The notes below the pieces were generated by a model. It was given only the letters and a program-made list of their open reading frames with translations. It was not told the origin of the DNA and ran no database searches. A stretch of DNA of 48,535 nucleotides from a virus (Duplodnaviria; Caudoviricetes): the IMG/VR virus record IMGVR_UViG_3300020387_000002, positions 1 through 48,535 of that record; one strand, written 5' to 3'. The translations under genes and the position numbers were made by a program. Below are positions 1 through 8,900 of the stretch, in pieces (the first letter of the stretch is position 1; every line of letters begins with the position of its first letter).

Positions 1-30
1 CGGTTACGGGGCCCGGATCAGAGTGACCCG

Positions 31-99
31 GGTTACCCCATCAGCCCCCGGAGAACCAAGCTCCGGAAGCTGATGGGGAAACCGTCCCGAGATCGGGAC
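31..99. other. Two adjacent GC-rich stem-loops (possible RNA structure or processing site)
   Basis: CCCCATCAGC (36-45) pairs with GCTGATGGGG (69-78), with inner CCGGAG/CTCCGG (48-53/61-66) and outer GGTT/AACC. GTCCCGA-GA-TCGGGAC follows at 84-99. Confidence 0.6.
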
Positions 100-216
100 A
101 GCCTCCACCGTATTGCCTTGCAGGGTTATCGCTCAGGGCCCGTCAAGTGAGAACTGGGGGCACCGCTGCCACCTCCACCGTCATGGCGATTCTGCAAGTT
201 GTTTGCTTCTGCTACT

Positions 217-510
217 GGCAACGAACCGTTCCTCATTCCCTACCGGGCAACGAACCTTTCCTTGCTGGGCCTGTCCGGGTTGGCAACGAACCGTAACCGG
301 GGCTCAGGGTGGCTCAGGAATGAGCAGAAACTGCTGTTGAGAAGGGCACCCTTTCAGGACCTTACTCTTCGAGGGGGAATCGCCATCACCGTAGCGCCCT
401 GCCTCCTACCCTCCCCGCCGTGCCTTGCTGTTGGGGACCTTCATGTTGACCCTTGGCAATGCCCTAACCCCGGGGGGGCTGTCGCTGTCCTCTCATGGTA
501 ACGAACCGTT
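217..510. repeat. Four dispersed direct repeats GG(C/T)AACGAACC(G/T)T
   Basis: GGCAACGAACCGTT 217-230, GGCAACGAACCTTT 246-259, GGCAACGAACCGTA 282-295, GGTAACGAACCGTT 497-510. Confidence 0.85.
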
Positions 511-671
511 TTCGGAGAGGGAGGAACTGAAGGTGCCGGAACAACCGGGCCTCCTAACCTCGCGGCCTCAGGGGAAGGGCCAGCCTTGCGATCCCTCTCT
601 CCTCTACCGTGCCGAACTGGGGCTAGGTGGCTGGGAGAGCCCTGAAGCAGCCCGTTTGACCGGGCCGGGGC

Positions 672-725
672 AACTTAAAGCGGAAAGAGGCCCTTGTGTC
701 AACCCTTCTGGACAAAAAAGTGCAA
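672..725 (-). promoter_or_regulatory. Putative leftward sigma70-type promoter
   Basis: Perfect TTGACA on the minus strand (702-697) with an A/T tract upstream. The best -10 (TAAGTT, 677-672) has a long 19-nt spacer. Confidence 0.4.
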
Positions 726-1360
726 CTTTCTTTCTGGCCCCTAATTTGCAAGGGCGAAACAGGCCTCCCGGCTGTCAGCAAACCCCCTCCCCGGTAACTC
801 TACCCATTCTCCCGGGAGACTGAGCCCCCTTTCCACCCTCCGGAGGGTAGCCCCCGCCCCTCTACTACATACCCCCTCCATGCCAGCCCCGGAAGGGGAG
901 GGCCAACCCTACCCGCCGCCCCTATATCCCAGACCAGAAATGCCGGGCGATACATACCAGCATACATACTACCCACTACAGCAAGACACACTCTCCCCAC
1001 TACAGTAGACAGCTCCCCCCGGCCTCCCCCTCTCTCCCCCCTCGCACGGCACAATTCATGTCATCATGCTGAGGCCCTCTCCCTGCTGCTTCACAGATGT
1101 TCCACATGGAACAATCGCCCCCCCTGTTGCAATTGCATCCCCTCCTGCCATGCCACCCTGCTGCTCCCTGCCATGCCAGCCGCCCCCGGAGCCATGGCCA
1201 CCCGGGCAACTATCACTCCCCCGGCTGCTGGCCTTGCAAGTTGCAAGCCGTTGCAAGGGGCACCCCGGCTACCCCGACCCCCGGCAACGGGTCCCATGCC
1301 CCCGAGGTCTCCCCGTAAAGATACCCCCCTAAGCGGAGCGGCGTTACTATTGGGGAATAT

Positions 1361-1433
1361 GGGACCCCTATTTTGGGACTCCGGGGATGGAACGGGACTC
1401 CAGCGTGGGACTCTACATCTGGAACGGGACTCC
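1361..1433. repeat. Cluster of five GGGAC(T/C)C repeats, two as identical TGGAACGGGACTCC
   Basis: GGGACCCC 1361, GGGACTCC 1375, 1394 and 1426, GGGACTCT 1407. The 14-mer TGGAACGGGACTCC is at 1388-1401 and 1420-1433. Confidence 0.85.
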
Positions 1434-1559
1434 TGAAGTGGTTTGGGTCTGATGACCGCTGATGTGGGGAGCCGCTTCCGCCTCTCTATGGCAATGAGGC
1501 GTAGTGCTAATTTTCCCGAAAAAAATCGTGCCCATCCGGCTACGCCGATCTGGGCTAAA

Positions 1560-1916
1560 TTATTGCTGTGGTTGAGAGTGGGGAGGGGACTCGATTTTGA
1601 ACTCGTAGAGTTCGTCCATGAGTTTATCGACCCTTTTTTGCAACTCTGAGATATGAAGGTCCTGTCTTGTATCCGAGGGGAGTTCCCCACTTCCCCATTT
1701 TCCGGCAGGCCAAAGTTCCACGAAATTAGAATTTTTTGCAACGTCCCGGCCCATCATCTGGATTTGGAAGTCGTTGTGCTGGACCTGAGAGTTTAGTCCT
1801 GACGCCCACCAGACTATTGCGGCGGCTTGGAGTGCCAGTCCTACTAGGAGAGGGATAAATGCAAAGCCAGCCCCATCGCGGCTATCGCTTTTGTCCTCTT
1901 TTGCCATGAACGGCAT
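1560..1916 (-). CDS. Small membrane protein (one N-terminal TM helix plus coiled coil)
   Basis: Hydrophobic FAFIPLLVGLALQAAAIVWWAS followed by a heptad-like segment; last gene of a tightly packed leftward block. Confidence 0.7.
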   Translation of the reverse strand: MPFMAKEDKSDSRDGAGFAFIPLLVGLALQAAAIVWWASGLNSQVQHNDFQIQMMGRDVAKNSNFVELWPAGKWGSGELPSDTRQDLHISELQKRVDKLMDELYEFKIESPPHSQPQQ

Positions 1917-1924
1917 TGTTCACA

Positions 1925-2905
1925 TTATCCCTTTTGGGTCAAGGGTCCGCGCTTGATGTGGGAGTGAGCCTCCTTTTTGGCCTCCTTGTATTTCTCCACC
2001 GCATCAGACCCTGACATATCGACCATCCCCCTTGGCGGGTCGAGCTTGGCATCCTGCCAGTCACCTGCCTTGGAATTTGTGGCGATCAGGCGATTCCTTC
2101 CCGGCCCTGAGAACGAGACCATGATGTATGCGCCTCTTTTTTTCTTAACTGGATGATCAAGAGATATGACTATCTTGTAGTCGTCAGCCGCTCCGAGCGC
2201 CCAGAGGGCTGAAATAACGGCCTGAATGGGGTCAAACCGGGCTGAGACGGGCGATAAGAGCCTCTCCTGAGACAATACACCCTCCCTACTGACCACGGCT
2301 GCGGGAAATCCGGCCACACAGGCCCTTAAACCCCACATTAGCCAGATTTTTTCCATGGATTCGTCCAAATGGTCCCAACTGAGAGTGGCCAAAGTTGGCA
2401 AATCTAGAAAAACCCACCTATCTTTTACGGCCTCTCCCCCCAGAGGGAGGAATAAGGGGATTGCATCCAGTACCTCTGCTGGGACATCCCCCTCTCCGCT
2501 ACAGGAGATAAGATCCCGGGACATGGAGCGGACCTGCATTCTAGCGGAGAGGCTATCCTCCAAGGTGACGCCCCCTCCCATTGCAATATCTTTACTTAGG
2601 CCCTCCAAGCAGTCTTCTCCCAGCAAGGGGGAGGCAAGCTCTGAGTCTAACCAGACGTTGTTGAGCGTTCCCTCCAGACCAAGCATTCCCTTTTTGTAGG
2701 GAGTCCACACCCCCCACGGGGTGATCTTCTTGCAACCCAAGTTGTCCCGGCAGAACAGCTTGTCCCATACGCGCAAGCGGTAGGAGTTAATGTTCTCCCT
2801 GAGCGCGGCCACAACTTCCCCGGGCACCAGACCCTCGCACAAGGAGAGGTTCGTGATGTCTTCACGATCAACCGGAATAGACTTGGTGGGGTCGATCTTG
2901 TTCAT
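1925..2905 (-). CDS. Hypothetical protein (~326 aa)
   Basis: Long ORF; ATG at 2905 preceded by GGAG; no motif recognised. Confidence 0.7.
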   Translation of the reverse strand: MNKIDPTKSIPVDREDITNLSLCEGLVPGEVVAALRENINSYRLRVWDKLFCRDNLGCKKITPWGVWTPYKKGMLGLEGTLNNVWLDSELASPLLGEDCLEGLSKDIAMGGGVTLEDSLSARMQVRSMSRDLISCSGEGDVPAEVLDAIPLFLPLGGEAVKDRWVFLDLPTLATLSWDHLDESMEKIWLMWGLRACVAGFPAAVVSREGVLSQERLLSPVSARFDPIQAVISALWALGAADDYKIVISLDHPVKKKRGAYIMVSFSGPGRNRLIATNSKAGDWQDAKLDPPRGMVDMSGSDAVEKYKEAKKEAHSHIKRGPLTQKG

Positions 2906-2984
2906 TGCTCCAATAATCTCAATGAGGCCGCTACAGCCAAAGAAGTAATTATTAAGAAGCAAAGCATCTCAGCGTCAGAGGGTA

Positions 2985-3437
2985 TCATGTTGCAAAAGGA
3001 CAGAAATCGTATTTCGGTCCACTAGGCCAAAATGCTACCAAGTTTTGCTCCGCGAGGAACTCCTTAATTCGTGTGGAATTTAGTCCCAGAGCATCAAAGA
3101 GCTTGCTTTTCCTGCCCCCGGTGCAGTGGAAAAGATACCAATCCTCTTCTCCGTCTAACTTTCTTTCCACCCTGATGACATGCCCAACCGCTACCTTGTT
3201 CTCTTCAGAGTCCAGAATCTCCAACCTTTTTTGCTGGAGAATCTTCCCCTTGGGAGGAAGCAGACATCGGCATAGGGAGCAATGTCCCTCTTCGTCATCT
3301 TCGCGGTTTGGGTCGCAACCAGTGACGATCCCCGTGGAGACGTAGCAGAACCCGCAGGTCTCTGTTGTTACCCTGAAGTTATTCTTTCTCTTCAGGTTTC
3401 TCCTCGTCCTCTTGTCCGGTATCTTGTTTTTTGGCAT
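2985..3437 (-). CDS. Hypothetical protein with Cys pairs (possible Zn finger)
   Basis: CGFC...CSLCRC, basic N-terminus, overlaps the upstream gene in the same orientation. Confidence 0.6.
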   Translation of the reverse strand: MPKNKIPDKRTRRNLKRKNNFRVTTETCGFCYVSTGIVTGCDPNREDDEEGHCSLCRCLLPPKGKILQQKRLEILDSEENKVAVGHVIRVERKLDGEEDWYLFHCTGGRKSKLFDALGLNSTRIKEFLAEQNLVAFWPSGPKYDFCPFAT

Positions 3438-3897
3438 CTGGATCTTGTGTTTTCAGGTCCTTGTCTAGCAACTCAAACAAGTGCCAAGCAGCCTGAGCAT
3501 TTGTTTCGAGCCTGTTGTAGGCATCGCCATATCCCTGCATTGGGCACAGGAAGTATGCGCCGATAAATTCATTGTCCGGATCAGAGAGCATATTCTTAAC
3601 CGTCTGGAGGGCCAAGTTAGCCTGAACCTTGTCAGCGGTGTGCATCCTGATCTTGGCGTCTTCTGCCTTGGGCCGGGAAAACATAACCAAAGCAACTTTG
3701 CCCAAGCGGGGGTCATACTTTGGCTTTTTGCGCTTAATCGCTTGTTTAAGCTCCTTCTCCAGAAGCCTGAGCTTTTGGTCTTTCTCCATTATCTCGTTAG
3801 AGAGACCAGTGATCATCTTTTTGATCGCCTCCCTCTCTTCCGGAATAATCTCTCCAATAATTTCCTCGGGAGACTCAATCTCTTCTTCTTTAGGCAT
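3379..3897 (-). CDS. Hypothetical coiled-coil protein
   Basis: 172-aa ORF in the operon-like leftward block, charged helical composition. Confidence 0.7.
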   Translation of the reverse strand: MPKEEEIESPEEIIGEIIPEEREAIKKMITGLSNEIMEKDQKLRLLEKELKQAIKRKKPKYDPRLGKVALVMFSRPKAEDAKIRMHTADKVQANLALQTVKNMLSDPDNEFIGAYFLCPMQGYGDAYNRLETNAQAAWHLFELLDKDLKTQDPDAKKQDTGQEDEEKPEEKE

Positions 3898-3902
3898 ACG
3901 GT

Positions 3903-4205
3903 TTACAGTGCTTGGCGTTCTGATAAATCAAGGACATTGGTGGCATCATGCAGACGCTCAAGAGGCCAAGGCCTAAGGCCTCGCTCAAGGTCAGAAAGGT
4001 ATGTCGCAGAGATGTTCATCCACTTCGCCATAGAGCGCAGTGACAAGTCTGACTTCATCCTCCTCTTCCTTACAAGCGAGCCAATAGCCTCCCAATCAAA
4101 TACCCATTGTGAGGATACGTTTACTGGTTGGTATTGACCGAGCCATTTAGGGAGAGCGGCATAAGCCTCCTCGCGGCTACTAAAGGTCTGCGAGTTCTTC
4201 GGCAT
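3903..4205 (-). CDS. XRE/Cro-family HTH transcriptional regulator
   Basis: IGSLVRKRR...LSLRSMAKWMNISATYLSDLERGLRP is a classic XRE HTH signature. The start may be 4205 or 4214. Confidence 0.85.
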   Translation of the reverse strand: MPKNSQTFSSREEAYAALPKWLGQYQPVNVSSQWVFDWEAIGSLVRKRRMKSDLSLRSMAKWMNISATYLSDLERGLRPWPLERLHDATNVLDLSERQAL

Positions 4206-4383
4206 ATTGTCCAATTTCTCGCGCTAAATCTTTGAAGGACTCGGCGTTGTGACGATCAGGCTTCCCCTGTGACCTGTATTCGTCGTTTTCAACATTCATA
4301 GAGTTGAGCGTGGCCAAGCACTCAACGACTTTGGCGTGGGAATAGAGGGCCGCCTTTAACTCGGATAGGTTTTCTCCTTCCAT
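4180..4383 (-). CDS. Hypothetical protein
   Basis: 67-aa ORF tiling the leftward block. Confidence 0.55.
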   Translation of the reverse strand: MEGENLSELKAALYSHAKVVECLATLNSMNVENDEYRSQGKPDRHNAESFKDLAREIGQYAEELADL

Positions 4384-4392
4384 GGTGTCAAC

Positions 4393-4632
4393 CTAAGCAG
4401 GTTCACACGCGCTGTCAACCTCAGCTTTGAGATTTGAATGCTTCAAAATCCACACAAGCAAAGGCCTATCAACCATGAGCCAACTTTCAGGACGCAGGAA
4501 GGTTCTGCCGTTTAACTTATGCAACAGTTTGCCTTCGCTAAACTTGAGAGCAGAGTTGTATCCAATATTGACCCACCCGCCTTCTTGCAAAACAGGAGGA
4601 AACTCATTAACAGGGCTGTTAGGCCTGTCCAT
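4393..4632 (-). CDS. Hypothetical protein
   Basis: 79-aa ORF with a TATAGT -10-like box 6 nt upstream of the ATG. Confidence 0.55.
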   Translation of the reverse strand: MDRPNSPVNEFPPVLQEGGWVNIGYNSALKFSEGKLLHKLNGRTFLRPESWLMVDRPLLVWILKHSNLKAEVDSACEPA

Positions 4633-4638
4633 GACTCA

Positions 4639-4669
4639 ACTATAATCCACATTTGCAATGGATTTACAA
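4639..4669 (-). promoter_or_regulatory. Putative leaderless promoter with an inverted repeat enclosing TTGCAA
   Basis: Minus-strand TATAGT (4644-4639), 6 nt, then ATG. AATCCA...TGGATT (4644-4664) flanks TTGCAA at 4653. Confidence 0.45.
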
Positions 4670-4676
4670 GTAGAAT

Positions 4677-5318
4677 TTAACGGGAGTATTTCTCCTCCGC
4701 ATCCAGTGACCCTCTGACCTTCAAGTCCTTAGAGAGAATTTTCTTTCTAACCTCCGACTCTATTGGGGTCTCCTCGTCCTTGGGGCGCTCCTTCAAGGCC
4801 TTTTCCGCTTCCGTTAGGTCTCCTTCAATAAGTTGCTCGCTAGGGACCTCAATAGCCTCTCCATCCTCAGCCTTGGACCTATCGAGCATTCGGCCAACTG
4901 CCCTACGCAAAGCCGGGGACTTCTGCATTTTGTTTTCCAGAGTCTGCATTGTATCCACATTGTGAGTGACCACCTCGCTTCGGGACACAGGCATTCCCAC
5001 TTGATATTGCAAAAGCAGCTTCAGCGCGTCCAACCGGGTTTTGAAGTCAGGGGTCTCAAACGGCTTGCCCCCAATGGCCATGGTTTTGGTCGCAGACATG
5101 CATTCTGCAATTTTTGCAACTACCTGATCCGGTCCAAACTTAATTGCAAGTGACTCGATGATCTTGGGGGCTAGGTCGGCGGCCCTGATGGAGAGGCGTC
5201 CCTCTTCTGCCGCTTTTTTGATTTTGCTCTCAGCCTCCTGAACCACGGTCTCTTTTTCAACTGTTCCCTCCGGAGGGAGAGAGGGCAAAGGTAGGCTTTC
5301 AGGCTGCTTTTTAGGCAT
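4677..5318 (-). CDS. Putative terminase small subunit-like protein
   Basis: VVAKIAECMSA...PDFKTRLDALKLLLQY resembles the oligomerisation helices of TerS-type proteins. This is an inference and the gene is far from terL. Confidence 0.45.
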   Translation of the reverse strand: MPKKQPESLPLPSLPPEGTVEKETVVQEAESKIKKAAEEGRLSIRAADLAPKIIESLAIKFGPDQVVAKIAECMSATKTMAIGGKPFETPDFKTRLDALKLLLQYQVGMPVSRSEVVTHNVDTMQTLENKMQKSPALRRAVGRMLDRSKAEDGEAIEVPSEQLIEGDLTEAEKALKERPKDEETPIESEVRKKILSKDLKVRGSLDAEEKYSR

Positions 5319-5365
5319 TGCAAGGAAATAAATTGCATGGTGTAATGTTGCAAGCTCTTTTAGAC

Positions 5366-5980
5366 ATGGCGAACGGCAGATTACCTATCACAAGATCCCT
5401 CCCAAGCATGGCCCCAATGACGTTCCGGCAAATGGGGGGATATGGGAGAATTTCAACTACAGCGCAAGAGCAGGCCTCAAGAAGGCGCTCCAGAGATTTG
5501 CCCGGGGCGACAGATGCCGACCCATCCGGGCAAAAAGCCGGGCCAGTAGAAAACGCGGGACCCGGGAATACGGGTTTTGAGCGATTCTTGGCGCTCCATC
5601 GCGGAAGCAGGGGGGGCAGGATTCAGTCCAGCAAAACCAAGGGGGCATTTAGATACACCTCTGGTAAATACAAAGGCATGACAAAGGGAGAAGTGGACCT
5701 CATGGCCCACAAGAAATTCCAAAGTCTGTCAGAGAAGCAACGGGATCAGTTCCGCCCGATGAACGAAGGAGATTTTGCAAAAGCTCGGGAGCGTAATATG
5801 CAAGCGATGCGCGACGAGGCCAAACTTGCAAAAGAGTTCGATTACGACTTCAGAAATAGGAAAACTGATGCTGATCCTGCTGGCGAAGAGGGGGAAACAG
5901 AGACGGATGAAGAGGCGATTAGAAGACTCCAAGAAGAGCTTAAAGCAAAACAAGAAGCAATAGCCTCAAATAAAAAATAA
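5366..5980 (+). CDS. Hypothetical protein, possible small internal virion/ejection protein
   Basis: ATG at 5366; ends 6 nt before the giant gene; charged, low-complexity composition. Confidence 0.65.
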   Translation: MANGRLPITRSLPSMAPMTFRQMGGYGRISTTAQEQASRRRSRDLPGATDADPSGQKAGPVENAGPGNTGFERFLALHRGSRGGRIQSSKTKGAFRYTSGKYKGMTKGEVDLMAHKKFQSLSEKQRDQFRPMNEGDFAKARERNMQAMRDEAKLAKEFDYDFRNRKTDADPAGEEGETETDEEAIRRLQEELKAKQEAIASNKK

Positions 5981-5986
5981 GCTACA

Positions 5987-8900
5987 ATGGCTGATATAGA
6001 GGACCCTTTTGAGGATGCGCCTATCCAGAATCCTTACGGGGACTCTGATGGACTATCCCAACTTCGCGCTGGTGTAGCTAGGCACCAGAGGAGGCTTGAC
6101 GCTCTTAATAGAGAGCAGGAACAGAGGAAGGAGCAGAAAGAGAGGGAGCAACGGGCTAGGGATGCGGAAATTGAGAGAATCCAAAATGAAAGGATTGCTA
6201 GGCAGAACAAGATTACCAGAGGCAGGGCCTCGGATGAGGGTCTTGACGATTACCTGCTAGAGGACAAAGACGGAAGGTTAAGGATGTCCCTCACTGATGA
6301 TCAGGTTGCTGATCACAGAAAGACCCTTAGAGAGATAGAAAAAGATAAAGCCAAAAGGGAAGCGGCTAAATCTAAAATCAAAGGCCTATCGGACCAGATA
6401 GCGGCAATTAGGAAAGATCCGGACAGGGCCCCGCTAACCCCAGCCAAAAGGAGGGCGGCTGAAGAGGATCTGGAGAAGGATCTAAACTACCTTGAGGGCC
6501 TCAGACAACGGGCCGCAGACGGCGAAGAAGGAGCGGCTGAATTTCTAGCGCAAAAGCAGCAGTCTATTGCAGAACAAAGAGCGGCCTTAGATGCTGACGA
6601 CGAGTCTATCTCTTCAATCGAAGAAATAAACCAACGCATCAAAAGGCAGGAAAGAATTGGGGAAGGATTCCCCGAAGACCTTGCAAGAACCCGAGACGGA
6701 ATCCTTGGATTGCGAACATGGGACGCTCCAACCACAGAACAGGAAGGGCCCGAGGAGGTCAGCAAGTTTATTGACGCTTACAATCGGGAAGTAGAGCGCA
6801 ATAACGAGAAAATCAAATCAGTCCAAGAGGACGAGAAAAAGGCCGCAGACTCTTACCATCAAAAAATCGAAGAGCTGGAGACAGGCTTCCTAGACTGGGT
6901 GGGCACTGGGGTTACTCCAGATCAGATTAAAGACGGAAGAGTAGTTCTTAGGCAGCAGTGGGCGGAAATTACAAAGGACTACCTGAGAGAGAGGTATGAA
7001 TACGACAAAGGGATTAAGGCTTCTCAGCAAAGAGGAGAGTCCTTGGATCTGCTTAGGCCCATAATTGGAGATGCGATAGAAGACTATGACGGCTTTGGCC
7101 GTGCGCGAGCCAAGGAGGCCGCTGAGGCTGCCGCCAAGGCAAGGAAGCAAATTGTTGCTTCCATGAGGGAGCAGCAAAAAGAGTTTAACAGGATAGGGTT
7201 TAAGGGCAAAAGGGCAATGGGCCCTTCATACGGTAAAGAGGTTAATGATGCTTACGATGAGTGGGTCAAGACTTTCGAGAAAGGGATAAAGGCAATACCT
7301 GACGACATCGAGTATGGTGTCAAGGGGTCTTGGGGAATTTCAGGAGACGAAGGGGTTCCGGGGGATGACTATGTCACAGGCAAAAAGCTGACCAACACCC
7401 CTGAAAACAAAAAGGAGTATCTGGCTCAAAAACTGGCCGAAATTCAGAACAGGATAAACGAGGGGGTTCAACAAAGGTTTGAAAGATCCGGGGACCTTTA
7501 CGGGGATCTTGTGTCTGCAATTTTTCAGTCATCCGGAAACAGTCCGGCTCTACTAAAGGCACTCGGCAAGCATGGATATGATGTAACTCCAGAGTTCGCG
7601 GAAGACGTTGAATTTTTGATGCCTTTGTATGTAAGGCCGAGTTCTGCTGACAATATCGGCAAAGCTCCATTTTGGGTGCAGCCTATGAATGTTGCTGCGG
7701 CTGGGGCGGATTTTTTGGGGGGCGTACTTAAATGGGGCTCGGTGGGGTTAAAGGCGGCAAAGCCCGGAAAGCAATACGGGACACAGCCCGGTCACCAGAA
7801 TAGGATAAACAGACTCATTGATAATCTAAGAGAGGCTGGATACACGGGAGAAGAAATAGGTGAGGCTTTTGACAACATACAACTGACGTTCAAAAAGTGG
7901 CCAAAGAAAGTTGGAGAGGAGCCCTCAAGGTTCAGAAGTGATGGGAGCATCATGCTCCATCCAGAGCTAAACATAAACAACAAGAAGGCCTACGCAGAAG
8001 CAGTTAGATCCGCCGAGGCACCGGAGTTCATTAAGAACCATTATTTATCTGACGAGACATACCAGAGGTTGTTGACGACATATTTGAGCGGCGTAGATCA
8101 TGCGGCCCAAGCGGCCTATAGCATTACTCCAGAAATATTCGGAGGAACGCCCACCCCTGCGGAGTTCAAAAGGAAGTTTTCAAGACCAGCATTAGCCACA
8201 AGAAAAGCAATAGATGATCGCAAAGAAGAGCTGCGCGAGCTTTCGGCTACAATAAACGAAAAAGAGTATAGGGGAGGAGACGCCTCAGCTTTAAGAAAAA
8301 GCCGGGAGGATCTTGAAACCGAGATAGAGGGTCTAGAGGAGGTTCATGCAAAGGAGCTAAGGGAGATACCCAGCTACAATGAACAGATGGCTGAGTATGT
8401 TGCCACATACTCAGATAAAATAGATGGATTTGGGGCGACAATAGGGCGGCCTGCTCGGATGCTTATGATGGGAGGCGGTAAGGCTTGGCAAACCCTTACT
8501 GGAATCGGAGCAGTTCTTGCAATACCCGGAGCGAAAGACCTTACAATAAATGCTCACCATGCGCTGGCTGAGCAAAGGGAAGGGGCAGAATATTTGGGGA
8601 CAGCGTTTGATCATCTTGGCCCCCTGAAATGGCTTTCTAAAGGCTCCGATATACTTCTTGAGGAGGGCCCTTCACTGTTGTTCTCGCTAATCCCGGGCGT
8701 GGGGGCCTCTGCCACAGCGACATCAAAGGTCATGGTCAAAGGGATCGAGAGATCCGTCAGCAGGCAGGTTACAAGAGGGGTTCTTAGCAAGGCGGCTGCA
8801 AAGAAGCAAAAAGACAAATTCCTTCAGGACGCGGCCAAAAAATGGGGTCTCCGGGGGTCTGCCGCTGGAGCTGGATTCCAGTCTGCGGGACTAAGCTGGT

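Noticed and set aside
217-510. CRISPR mini-array
   Set aside because: Repeats are only ~14 bp, spacing is irregular (29, 36, 215 bp) and no cas genes are present.
217-510. tRNA genes (GGTTCG on the minus strand)
   Set aside because: GGTTCG is followed by TT rather than RA, and no cloverleaf or acceptor stem could be built.
113-1741. Overlapping 60-216 aa ORFs at the left end
   Set aside because: P/G/C-rich translations in many frames, no RBS or motifs; expected from GC-rich non-coding DNA. A real small gene cannot be excluded.
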